Shown here piece by piece: positions 52,702 through 63,412 of a stretch of DNA of 64,000 nucleotides. Made by a program: the position numbers and the translations under genes. This DNA comes from Felis catus (Eukaryota), in contig NC_058368.1 of NCBI RefSeq assembly GCF_018350175.1, forward strand, positions 107,448,001 through 107,512,000, given 5' to 3'. A model generated the notes under the pieces. It was not told the DNA's origin. It made no database searches and saw only the letters and a list, made by a program, of their open reading frames with translations. Each line of letters begins with the position of its first letter. The stretch's first letter is position 1.

Positions 52702-53300
52702 GATGCCCCTTTAAACAGATCCAGGCTGTCCTGGAGGACGTCATCTTATTTATTATGGGCTGGCCCTTTCCCTTAGTTCCCTGACTTAGGTTGTGACTAT
52801 TCTGGACTGGTTTTCAAAGTAACAGCATTCTTCTCCGAGGAGGATACAGGTGTCCCCTTTCTCGGCAGTGAGGAGGTCAAGTGCCTGTCTGTTCTGGAGA
52901 GCCACTCCTGCCAAGAAACTTACTTGGCTCTGGAAGGACACTAGGGAGTTGGCCAGTCATTAGTCCCACAGAAGAGTCTATGCCTCCTATGCCAGTCCCT
53001 GTTCCCCATGGCTATTCCTGCCCCTCAGAGGACAGGTAGCAACATCGCTCATTTAGCCTGGGCCTTAGGGCTGAAGGTTTACAACTTGGGCCCAGAATAG
53101 AGGCAGCCAATACCAACAAAACATCCTACGCATAAGAGGAAGGTGAGTGTGAACAGGAACCTCTTGCTGTTTCCCCAGCTTTCTGGGGAAACCTCTGCCA
53201 ATCCGATGGCAAGGAGTAAGGACAGTGTATTTATTTTACCGGACCAGGGATTCCTCAAGCTTCTGTCATGCTTAGACCAGACAGCTTCCAGGGTGTGGCT
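52702..53300 (-). pseudogene. env: Deleted env: fusion peptide and TM ectodomain remnant (ISD plus CX6CC); most of SU and the membrane anchor absent
   Basis: Minus strand reads ...AK*AMLLPVL*GAGIAMG/TGTGIGGIDSSV, then [64 protein letters not shown] (about 53062-52763). ISD at 52899-52849, CX6CC at 52848-52822. Confidence 0.9.
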
Positions 53301-53318
53301 AGAGCAGGGCTCAAGATC

Positions 53319-56300
53319 CTAAGAATCTAGGACTCTCCAGAAGGTCGCTTTGAGCGGGTTCGTCAGACATGGGTCAGTCTTCCAGGTCTGGGGCTCCTCA
53401 GGATTGGCCCTCTTGAGTCTAGAGTAGCAGACCCATGGAGTGATACTTGTGACCTTGAGGGCAGTAGGGTAGTGGGAATACCCATATGAGGCCCAGTCTG
53501 CTGTGGTTTGAAAGGGTCTTTTTTTTCCCCAATCTTTGTCCCAGACTGAGTCCCCTGATGAGAAGGGGACTTTAGGGGGGATCCTAAAGAGATTGGGGCC
53601 TTCTCTATAGTATATCGTTGTAACTTATTTAGGGTAGCTCCTAAAGCTTGAAGTTTTTCTCTTATTCCCTTATCCCCTATTTTGTGTAGGTTCACTGGTA
53701 GGCTCCCTAGACATGGAGGGGGCATGCTCAAAAGGGGAGAGAGAAACCTTGAGTTCCTGGTGTGCAACAGACACTCAGGAGGGCCAGGGGCAACAGGTCC
53801 AGCCACGGGAGGTCTGTTTCCTGACAGAACTTGGCTGAGGTTCCCTTGAGGGTGTGATTCATCTGCTCTACTTTCCCTGAACTTGGAGGCTGGTCCAAGT
53901 GATGTTAAGGGAGTTGGTTAAAGTTTGTATAATGTCCACCATGAACGCAGGCCCATTATCACCGTGGATTATGGCTGGTAAGCTGAAGGGGGGAACACTT
54001 TTTTTCAGGAGGACTTTAGCTACTTCCCGGCTCCATTCCGTCCTGGTTGGGAAGGCTTCGACCTATACAGAGTATGTACAGACTATCACTAGGGGGCCAA
54101 ACAGGGTAGTTCCTATTCTTTGGACTGCTGGTGGGAGTCACAGCATGAATCCGCCATTATTCTTGGCACAAGTCACACATAATTAGACTGATGTAATATT
54201 GTTTTTTGAGGAGGGCCTCTGATGCAGTTTTTATTCGCTGTCTGGATGCCCTCCCATTGTTGCTGGGATGAAGATGCTTCCATCTGGCAGTTTCCACCAT
54301 CCTTTCTTGGTCTGGGTAGCCCCTTCGACCTGAGCCTATTTATTTTCTTTTTTAGTGTATCTGAGTGGAGGGGTTTCTGCCGGGGGCGTCAGGGCCATAG
54401 TAAGGGAGGGAGCTATGTCTACCTCTTTATTAGCTGCTATCTTGGCTGCTTTGTCTGCTAGACTATTCCCTCATGCTGTGGGGTCGTCTCCCTTCTGGTG
54501 TCCTTTGTAGTGTAGAACTGCAACTTCTTTTGGGAGCCAGACGACTTTGGGGAGCTTTAGTATTTCCTCCTTGTTTTTGATGGTCTTCCATACCATGGTG
54601 AGGAGGCCTCTCTCTTTTTAGATTGCCCCATGTATGTGTACAGTAGAGAAGGCATACCAGGAGTCAGTATACATATTGATTCATTTGCCCTCACTGATGG
54701 TGAGGGCCTGGCCTAGGGCATGGAATTCAGTCCATTATGCTGACCATCCTGTGGGGAGGGTGTCGGCTTCTAGGGTCTCATCTGTGGTCATCACTGCATA
54801 ACCCGCTTTTCTAGTGCCCACTGTACAACGGCATGGGGGACTTTAACATGCAGTTCTTGTCCCAGGGCAAGCTTATCTGCCTCTTTAACGACTAGAATCA
54901 TTGCCGCCAATGCCCTAAGATGTGCAGCCATCCTGCTGCAACTGGGTCCAGCTTTTTGGACAGGTAGGCCACTAGCCACTGCCAGGGGCCAACAGTCTGT
55001 GTGAGAACCCCAAGGGCAACCTTTTCCTTCTCATGCACAAAGATGTTCTATATCTGGCAGGCCAAGGGCTGATGCCTGCCCTAGGATATCCTTTATTGCT
55101 AGGAAGGCAAACTTTGCCTCTTCTGTCCAGACAGGGGTTCTTGATCCAGCCCTACCAAGAGATTATAGGAGGGTCTTGCCATTGCTGAGAATCCGGGAAT
55201 CCAGATTTGGCAGAATCCCACAGCCCTCAGGAATTATCATAGCCCCCTCTTAGTTTGGCGTTGGGGTAGGGAGGTGATGACCTCTTTATCTCTGGCCCTA
55301 GTGCTCTTTTCCCTTGGGTGAGGAGGAAGCCTAAGTATTGGACTTGCTGTTGGCATATCTGTGACTTTTTCCATGAGACCTGATACTCTAAGTCTGACAA
55401 GAGTTGGAGGAAGGCCCTTGTGCCCTCTGTACAGTTCTCTCGGTATCGCTGGCAAGGATACCAGGTCATACTAGAGATACCGAGGTCATACTAGAGAAGG
55501 GTGCAACGTGTGACTTCCCTTGGAAAGCCGGCAAGGTCTCCAGCCAGTGCTTTCCCAAAGAGGGTAAGCAAGTTTTTAAACCCCTGTGGGAGTCACATCC
55601 AAGTCATTTTAATCTGATGCCTCGTGTCTGGTTTGGTCCATTTGAAGGCAAACAAGGATTGGCTTGGGGGTGGGGGTGGGGGGGGCAGGTGGAGGCAGAA
55701 GAAGGCATCCTTTTAAGTCTGGGCAGGTAAACCAGCTGGCAGATCCTTGGATCTGGCTGAGGAGCATGTACAGGTTTGGGACCACCTGATGCAAGGAGAC
55801 AGTCATTTTGTTGATAGCTCATAGGTCTTGAACTGATTGGTATCCTTCTCCCAACTTCTTGACTGGCAAGAGTGGGGTGTTCCAGGGTGATTGGCATTCC
55901 ACCAGAATGCCTGCTTCTTTGAGTCTGGTCAGGTGTTCTTGGATGCCTGCCCTTGCCTCTTGTGAGAGAGGGTATTACCGCTGTCTCTGCAATTGAGCCC
56001 CTGGAATTAACTCTGCGATGACAGGGGCCTGGTTGTGGGCAAGTCCTGGGGGGTTGTCCTTGGCTTATACAGTGGGGAGGCAGTCCTGCATTTGCGCAGG
56101 CCGCTCGGTTGGGCCTAGGGGCAGAATAGCCTCAATTCTTTCTCTCTTAGCGCAGTGATTGCCGTTGTAAGTGGGCTTGATTCTTCTCTTCTTGGATCCA
56201 ATTGGAGGCTGGCGTGTCCCCTTCACTCAAAGGTTATTTAGGGCCCCAGTTTTGAGAATATATCCCAGCCAAGGAGAGGGATAGGGCACTCAGGTAGGTA

Positions 56301-56447
56301 GAGGAATTCATGCTGTACCGTGTGGCCCCCAAGTTTACATTGATGGGCTTGGCAGAGGGCTGCTGCACTGCCTGTTTCCCTGTGGCCCTAAAGATCATTT
56401 TGACTGTGGGCTCATGGGGGGCTAAGAGGAAGTGGGCCCGGCCCCCC
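53319..56447 (-). pseudogene. pol: Defective pro-pol (PR, RT, RNase H, IN remnants)
   Basis: [64 protein letters not shown]. RNase H: YTDSWYAF, HYKGHQKG, GNSLADKAAK. IN: VEAFPTRTE, GDNGPAF, SSGKVEQMNHTLK, TALKVTSITPWV. Many stops and frameshifts. Confidence 0.92.
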
Positions 56448-57276
56448 TCAATCTGAATCTATTCCTGCTAGGCCTATGAGGTCTTTTCCACAGGGTTCTT
56501 CTGTGTATCCACTGGGCATCTGGGACTTTCCCCTATTAAGAATTTATTCTTCCAGTGTCCTTTCTCCTTGCAGTTGGCACATTGATCCCTTGCTAAGGAG
56601 GTTCTGTGCCTCCCCCCTTTTGGCAGCTCTCTTGTGCCTTGGGATCAAATGGGGTGTAAATGCGGAAAGCCTCGCATAGCCTTTCCTAATAATCCCCAGA
56701 GGATTCCCCTTGCTGCTGGGCATATTCATGGGCTTCTTAGCCCCTGCTTGGATCCCCTGGAGGAGAGCCTTTTGGTAGGTAATGGCGGATGTGGACTGGC
56801 GTCTGGAGAGCACTTGCCTCTGGCCAAGGGCCCAATCTGGCCAAGTCCGGAGGTGGTGGGGAGACTGAAGGTGACAGAGTATCAGGAACCAAGGGGTTCC
56901 TATGGCGGGGCAAGATTGGTTCTTCCTCTGGATCACTGGTGAGAATTTGTGGAGGTTGGGACTTCTGTTGACCTTTCCTAGGGCGGTTTTGTCAAGGAGA
57001 CTAAGTCCCTAGCCTGTCCCTGTTTGTTGCAGGTAAATCGCACCCAAGGGGGAAGGGTTTGGGCAATCTCTAACCAGGAACTTATCAGGGTGACCTGAAT
57101 CTCCAGTGACAATACACCAGATGCGGTGGGCCACTGGGACATCTAAGGTTCCTTCCGAGGAACATCTTACACCAAAAGTAGGCCATTCCAACTCACATAG
57201 GGTCCTTAACTTGCTGGGGGTCATCTTAATTCCATAGTCTCTCAAAAACCCCTGTTTTGCTCTGTCCTGATCCCAT
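56448..57276 (-). pseudogene. gag: Defective gag (MA, partial p12-like region, capsid MHR, NC zinc knuckle)
   Basis: ATG at 57276 gives MGSGQSK (myristoylation-type start). MA reads RDYGIKMTPSKLRTLCELEWPTFGV...GDSGHPDKF. YQKALLQGIQAGAKKPMNM is followed by MHR QQGESSGDY*ERLCEAFRIYTPFDP (about 56636-56716). NC reads DQCANCKEKGHWKNKF (about 56540-56590). TGA at 56450-56448. Confidence 0.9.
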
Positions 57277-57712
57277 AATGTTCCTGTGAGATGAAGTCAC
57301 AAAGACAGAGGGGTAGGGGTGCCCCCTCTAATGAGGATAACAGTCAGATGGCTGTCTGACTGTGTCCCCAAGGAACTTAGTTGACGCTTAGCCGTATTGG
57401 TCTCAGCTTTGTGATTTATAATCAGAAACTATTCTGATGCCACCATGGACTGTATGCTGTTCACCACAGAATCGCAGATGGGCCCACTCAGACTCCGTAG
57501 GCTTTTGGCTACCTTAAGGGTGCCTGCCGTGGAGCCACAGATCAGTCCCAACTGGAGGACCAGCTTGGGCTGCACATTCACTCACACATTCAGACCAGAG
57601 GTTAATACATTCCCTCTCTGGGAATCCCTACCTCTGACACCTCTAAAAGTTCTCTGGGAGGTGATCAGGCTCCCCTTCCACCCTGGCAAGTGGGTCTTAC
57701 AGGGGCCCCAGG

Positions 57713-57721
57713 CCTTACCTG
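57713..57721 (-). promoter_or_regulatory. Probable major splice donor in the proviral leader
   Basis: Minus strand CAG|GTAAGG about 190 nt downstream of the PBS, a typical position for a gammaretroviral splice donor. Confidence 0.5.
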
Positions 57722-57908
57722 TATCTGATGTCAGACCCAGGTCCTCACTTGCCAAGTCTCCTTGAGTCTGGCAGGAACAGTGGAGGGAGGCCGGCCTGAG
57801 ATAACCGAGGGGGAGACTGCCAAATATCAGGCAGGGCGTGCTTTCCTCGTTCTGTCACCACCTTGCCATTTTCCCAAACCGGTGTCAACAATGAGCCAGC
57901 ACGGCTGG

Positions 57909-57926
57909 GTCCCGGTCGGGGAACCA
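57909..57926 (-). promoter_or_regulatory. Primer-binding site complementary to tRNA-Glu
   Basis: Minus strand TGGTTCCCCGACCGGGAC versus the complement of the tRNA-Glu(CTC) 3' end, TGGTTCCCTGACCGGGAA (16/18). Lies 2 nt after the 5' LTR. Confidence 0.88.
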
Positions 57927-57928
57927 AA

Positions 57929-58222
57929 TGTTACAGAACCTGTTCGGGGTCACCTGGCAGAAGAATCAAGCAGCACTCAGAGATCTTGGAAGGCAGGAGG
58001 TTTATTTCACACCCGCGGGCTCAGAGGTGATCACTCTCCAGACGTCTGAGTCCTGAGTAAAAGCAGAGGGAACAATTTATAGTCTGTTACTTCCACATTC
58101 TGCATTAGTAGTTATTTGGCACAGAGCAAGCACGTTAGGAAGAAGAACCTGGAAGGGGAGTCTTCGACCAGAGACGGGAATTCCATCAGTCATGTCAGCC
58201 ATCTTATAATTTTTCCCTATCA
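57929..58222 (-). repeat. 5' LTR of the provirus (294 bp)
   Basis: Minus strand reads TGATAGGGAAAAATTATAAG...GGTTCTGTAACA. TATAAA at 58081-58076 and AATAAA at 58006-58001. Followed by a 2-nt spacer and the PBS. Confidence 0.93.
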
Positions 58223-59064
58223 CAGTGTTCAATATCAGGTGTGTAGGTGGTCTTTCTTTTTGCTTTAGATCTCTTGTGCTTGATTAATTAACATCCTCCT
58301 CTAAAGTTGGTCCAGTAGGGTCTTCTATTTATTCATGGAAGAACTTAGGTATTATTTGAAAAACAAATCCTTCCTTTCATTAACTCTTTGGGAAAATATA
58401 CCCAGAGATTCAGACTTGTATTGACCAGCATTTAAACCAGACTTCTATTGTGCCTACTGTGGACATGCTAGACTCCGTGTTACTTTGTAACCTGTGCTGT
58501 AAGCCTTTACTTGGATTCCTGACTCCAAAACTGTCTTGGTTTTGCTTCCTACCTAAAATAACTACTACTATAAAACACACTGTGTAAAGCTTCATGTGTC
58601 CTCATTGATCTTCTTGGCCTTTCTCTTTCAATTCGTCAAAATTGTATGTTGTCACTTCATAAGTTGAATTTTAACTGTGTAAAAGGAATTTTACAATAGC
58701 TCATATCATCAGTTTCCTAAGGCTTTAAGAGATTTACTCTTAAAGAGGTCTTGGACCCAGTTTCCTTTTGTGGAAACAATAGACTGTGGGTCCAAGCTTT
58801 ATCTTTTAGCATGTATTCTTTTTAGTAGGGGTTGAGTTGGATCTCTAAGACATTAAGCCTTTTAATCATCCCCCTTTCTATTTTTGTCACCTGATAATCT
58901 TCCAGTTTGCTCTCTTATCTTTCTGAAATTAAACTATGTCCTGAGATTAATTCTTTATTCACATAAAATATCTTGTCGCTAGATATCCTTGGCCCTTGCT
59001 AATCAGACTATTGTGCTTAGATTGACATAATCTGTGTTACAGAGGCATCTACTAAGAATGAAAA

Positions 59065-59165
59065 TTTTCAAATCTATTAAATTAGACCTACTGAGTTAGA
59101 ACCTGAAATATAACAAGATCTCGAGGTGATTTGTACATATGTTAAAGTTTGAAAAGTGCTTTGCT
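59065..59165 (+). mobile_element. MER5-like hAT remnant
   Basis: AGACCTACTGAGTTAGAA...AGGTGATT...AAAGTTTGAAAAGTGCT. Confidence 0.55.
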
Positions 59166-60299
59166 AACTAAACAACTTCTAATGTAGTACCTGAGCATGC
59201 AATTTATAAGCTTAGTAGTTGTGTTTATATTTAAATTTATAATAATTTCATTCAGGTTTTTCCTCTACCTCGGTCTAATTGGTAGTTACTAATTATGCCA
59301 TTCTTAAGTGATTTCTCTTACCTTGAGGAAGGGAGAGAAGAGTGAGGTGGAGAGATTAGTAAGTTCCTTCCTACACTTCAGGAGTTAGGAGGAAAATTAT
59401 TTTGAAGGGCAACAACTTTGATATTGGATGAGTAAACAACTATAAAATATTTAATAGATGAAGTTTTAATAAAAGTGATATATATTAAGAATCTTCCATT
59501 ATATTTAATGTAATCAACTTTACCAATTTTTCTGATATGTTTTGAAGTTTTTGTGTTTTGTTTTTTCTCCAAGTTCATAAGGATAATAATCTACTACGTT
59601 AAGTTTTAAAGTTTTTACAAATACTTTTTCACACTTAAATCTTTAATATTAGCAGAAATATATGTATATCCTATGTAGTGTGGGACATGGTTTTATTTTT
59701 TTTCTTATTAACTATTGTTTTGGTAACATTTACTGAAAATTCCATTTTTCTACTTTTCTGCCTTTCACGAATGCTCTAAATCATTTCCATGCTCATATTT
59801 CGTTAGTGTTTTTATCCCTATGCCAATACATAACTTTAATAGAACTTTATAGTTTTTTTTTTTTAAATATCTGGTAGAGCAAGTCTTCTGCTTCTGCCTT
59901 ATTATTCGCATTGAACAATGTCATCACTTTTTAACCCCTCCTTCATAATATTCTTTGTAGGAAATCAAATAGCTATGTCCTGGGTTAGGAGATTATAGGG
60001 AAGCCATTGCAAAGCAGAGAACTGCTTTCTAGCCTTGCTAAGAACAGCATGCTATGCTTCGCTTATCTAGTTAATGTGTATCTAAGGGTTAGGTCCTGTC
60101 TGTGTTCAAAAATTCCTTAGACCATGTTATCGCATGGAATATTTTACCATCTTAACTTGTTTCTGTGCACATTTTCTATATATTCTTACTGGCACATAGC
60201 TCCCTGAGTATTGCATACTGTTACCCTAAATGTATGCTCAATAAATACAGGAGCTTGAGAGCAGCTCTGGGAGACTTCCCTTAGCCTCCCTCTCACCTC

Positions 60300-61985
60300 T
60301 CTTGCACAGAGTCTTGAGTAATCCTTTCTGCCATCCTCGGCCTTTGCTGGACAAAGCTGAAAGCTGAACCCACAATTCATAAGCTTTTCCTTATGAATAT
60401 TAAAATCAGCTTGTCAGGTTTTCCACCCCATCCCCAAACCTCCATCAAAATATTCTGTTTGGTTTTTGGTTGAAGTTCCAAAAGAATCTATTTAGGTCAA
60501 TTTGGGGAAGATTGCCATCTCTGTTTTGCATACTGCAGATCATTAAATGTAAAATGGTACATCTCCTCATGTTTTTAGAAGTTTTTGAATGATTTGCAAG
60601 AAAGATTATAGTTTTATCTATATGGTTCTTGCACATGTTTATGCATATGTTCCAAAGAACTTATATAGTCATTTTGTATTGTACAGAGTAATTTTTTCAT
60701 TATAATTTCTCATTGTATATTGATGAAGTTTGGTATTCAAATGATTTTAGCACATTGAATTTGTATTTTAAGCTAATATAATTAGTTATAAGTGAATGTA
60801 TTTCTCCCGCTTTGTGTTTTCTACTTGTCCTGCACTATGTTTCTTCTCTCTTTTCTTGTCTTCCTTTGCATTGTTTGCCTTTTTAAATTCCGTTTTCCTT
60901 TCCTACTTTCATATTGTACAATCTTTTCTTATTCCTTAATAGTTACCCTAAGAATTTTAGAAGAGATACTTAAGGTTTTAATAGCTAAAGTTAATAATAA
61001 CTTTATCTCCCAACTAAAGACTTCAGGGATCTTAGAACACTTACGTTCCAGAACCCTTTTCCTATTTATATGCTATATTGTTGTCATGTATATTATCTCT
61101 AACTTTGGTTTTCTCATAAGGTATTTTATGTGTTTTTTATATATAGACATCCCTGTATATATTTATATAGGTATGGACTGAATGTGTTTCTTCAAAATTC
61201 ATATATTGAAATACTAACTCCCAATTTAATAGTATTAGAAGGTGGGGCCTGTCGGAGGTACCTGGTTCATGAGATTGGAACCCTATGGAAGGTTTAGTGC
61301 CCTCTTAAGAGACACAGAAAGCTTGCTTACTATCTCTCTGCCCTTTGTCATGTAAGGATAAGTTGAGAAGATGGCCATGTGTAAACCAGGACACAGACCC
61401 TCACCAGACACCAGACCTGGTGACACCTTAATCTTGGACCTCCCAATCTCCAGAACTGAGAAATAAAGGTTTTCTATAAAAGCCACACACTACAGTAATT
61501 TGTTATAGCAGCCTGAGCTGAATGAGACACATATTGACCATTTGTCAACTCTTGTCTTGTGGAACAGACCTTTCCTCTGAGAAGCCCTTTTCTCCTGCCA
61601 GAAGTATGATTTAAATTGTCTTTTAATGAGGATTCCCTAGTGGAACACAGTTTTTGTTTGTCTGAAGATACCATTTTTTCCCACTTGGAATACTGAGTCA
61701 TATTTTTGTTGGATGTAGAATTCAAAGTTGACAGACAGTGTCTCTCAGCACATTGAAGACACTGTTCCACTGATATTTAGCTTCCAGTTTTACTTTAAAA
61801 GTAATTTCTCCTTTATCTATAGCTATATTTTATATCTTTATATAGATTTATTTTTATCTGTCTACCTTTATATAACTGGGCTTCTTAATTCTATAGATTC
61901 TGAGACTCCTCAACCATTATTTCTTCACATATCATCCCGGCTCTATTTTCTCTCTACTCTCCTTCTGTAACTGCTTCTAGTTCAT
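60300..61985 (-). mobile_element. Very old L1M/HAL1-like fragments, interrupted by an MLT1 LTR
   Basis: L1-like motifs AATCTATTTAGGTCAATTTGGGGAAGATTGCCATCT and TTTTGTTTGTCTGAAGAT...TAGAATTCAAAGTTGACAG. Confidence 0.5.
61171..61530 (+). mobile_element. MLT1A-like (MaLR) solo LTR
   Basis: TATGGACTGAATGTGT...AAAATTCATATATTGAAA...CTCCAGAACTGAGAAATAAA...TTTGTTATAGCAGCCTGAGCTGAATGAGACA. Confidence 0.85.
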
Positions 61986-61991
61986 AATCAC

Positions 61992-62458
61992 TGACAAACA
62001 TTCTCTCCTTGACCAAACTGTAGTCAGGTTCCTCTGAACTCTCTTTCTACTAGGTCACATCTGAGAGCATGTCTTCAAGAGCCCAGTTTTAGCAAGAATC
62101 CTGCTAGGTCTTTTTAGGCTGAATTCCCACTTACAATATCTGTTCACCCTTAATTCCTCATCCCCTGCTATCTCCCAGGTTATGTGTGATCATAGTGGCT
62201 TGCCTTCAGCTAGAATCCTATTTGGACAGTTTAGCCAGAATTCTCTCTTACCCCGATGTTTCCTCTTAATAACTTTCTATATGCCACACACTCTGCTCCT
62301 TGACTAAAAATTCCCGCTTTTCCATCATGTATTTAGAGTTGAGCACATTTTCTCTCCCCTACTGAAAAACCCCACTGCAGTAGACCCTTTACCTATTGTG
62401 ATAGTCCTGAGTAAAGTCTGCCTTTCCATTTTGGGGTCACAATAAGTTTTCTTTAACA
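61992..62458 (+). mobile_element. ERV1 (MER4-group) solo LTR, MER31-like
   Basis: TGACAAACATTCTCTCCTTGACCAAACT...TTTTAGCAAGAATCCTGCTAGGTC...TTTTCTTTAACA. TG...CA ends, with 4-bp flanks TCAC and CCAT (possible decayed TSD). Confidence 0.75.
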
Positions 62459-63199
62459 CCATCTATATAGGGTGAATTTTTGTAGTAATGTGTGTGATAA
62501 GCAGTTTATGGTTATAAATTATAAAAATGTATTTCTTCTCCTCTTATACGCAGTGCCAGAGTTTCAAACAGACAATTTTCTTTAAGGGAAAATTAAAGTT
62601 TACTACTAGACTATAGGTGTGGACCTTAAAGATCTCATTTTATAGTGGTGATCTTTTAATAGACATCTCAGTTTAGGTGGGCCCGAGGCTTGGTCTCCTA
62701 ACCACTGAATTCTGAAATGCTTCAAAATTAAAGCTCGAATTAATTCATTTTGGTAATGTCCTTAAGGGTTAAAAAATCAGCTTTCATGTTCCGTTTACCT
62801 TTATCAGCTTCTGATTATTGCTTACTTTTTTGACAGTTCTCCAATGCATCTAAGATATTTAGCCTTTTTTAGTTATATACAATGGTCATATCTGTCCAGA
62901 GAAAATGCCATACTGTTGGACAGGCATAAAAATGTCTTACCTTGGTAAAAGAAAATAGTTTTATTTTTTGAGTCTATACGTTTTACCCAAAATAGCAAAT
63001 GTGTGACTCTGTCTAGGTAATCTCTTATGTAAATACAATTCCATGTGGCTTGACTACTTACATATGTAGACCTTTGCTTTTGCACCTCAAACTGTATTTT
63101 TCTCTTTTCAGTGTTTGGTTTATTTTATTTCTTTTAATCAACTTCATCCTAATATAAGGGACATAAACAGGCAGCAAAGAGAAGCAGTTACCAGCCCAA

Positions 63200-63412
63200 A
63201 TTCTGGAATCTTGGTTTTTCTACTTAATAGCTGTGAGATCTTGGGAAGTTATTTAATCTCTAGTTGCCTTGCTTTCTTCATTTGTAAGAAAGGAATAATA
63301 AAGATATTTAAGACATGGGGTTTTCCTGAGGATTAAGTGGGTTACTATGGTTAATGTGTTCACAACATTGCCTTGCACATATTAAGTGGTTTGTAAATAT
63401 GTAATATCATTA
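63200..63412 (+). mobile_element. MIR
   Basis: TAGCTGTGAGATCTTGGGAAGTTATTTAATCTCT...TTTCTTCATTTGTAAG...GAGGATTAAGTG. Confidence 0.7.

Larger units (their letters stand above)
52403..58222 (-). mobile_element. Endogenous retrovirus provirus, class I (gammaretrovirus-like), internally deleted and defective; PBS-Glu, HERV-E-like gag-pol, ERV-W-like env TM remnant
   Basis: Two direct-repeat LTRs of about 290 bp (TG...CA). A PBS follows the right-hand (5') LTR and a PPT precedes the left-hand (3') LTR. Gag MA/MHR/zinc knuckle, PR, RT, RNase H, IN and Env TM motifs occur in order on the minus strand, with many stops, frameshifts and deletions. Confidence 0.95.

Noticed and set aside
52763..53062. 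Env TM remnant as an exapted syncytin-like gene
   Set aside because: It has in-frame stops, a frameshift in the fusion peptide, and lacks most of SU and the membrane anchor. There is no intact ORF.
53363..53806. 147-aa minus-strand ORF as a novel viral accessory gene
   Set aside because: It is a mosaic of frameshifted integrase C-terminal sequence (LQALGATL..., GPHMGIPTT), not an independent gene.
62941..63150. Minus-strand exon candidates (donors AAG|GTAAGA at 62941 and AT|GTAAGT near 63061)
   Set aside because: The translations are not recognisable, and such splice-like motifs are common by chance.
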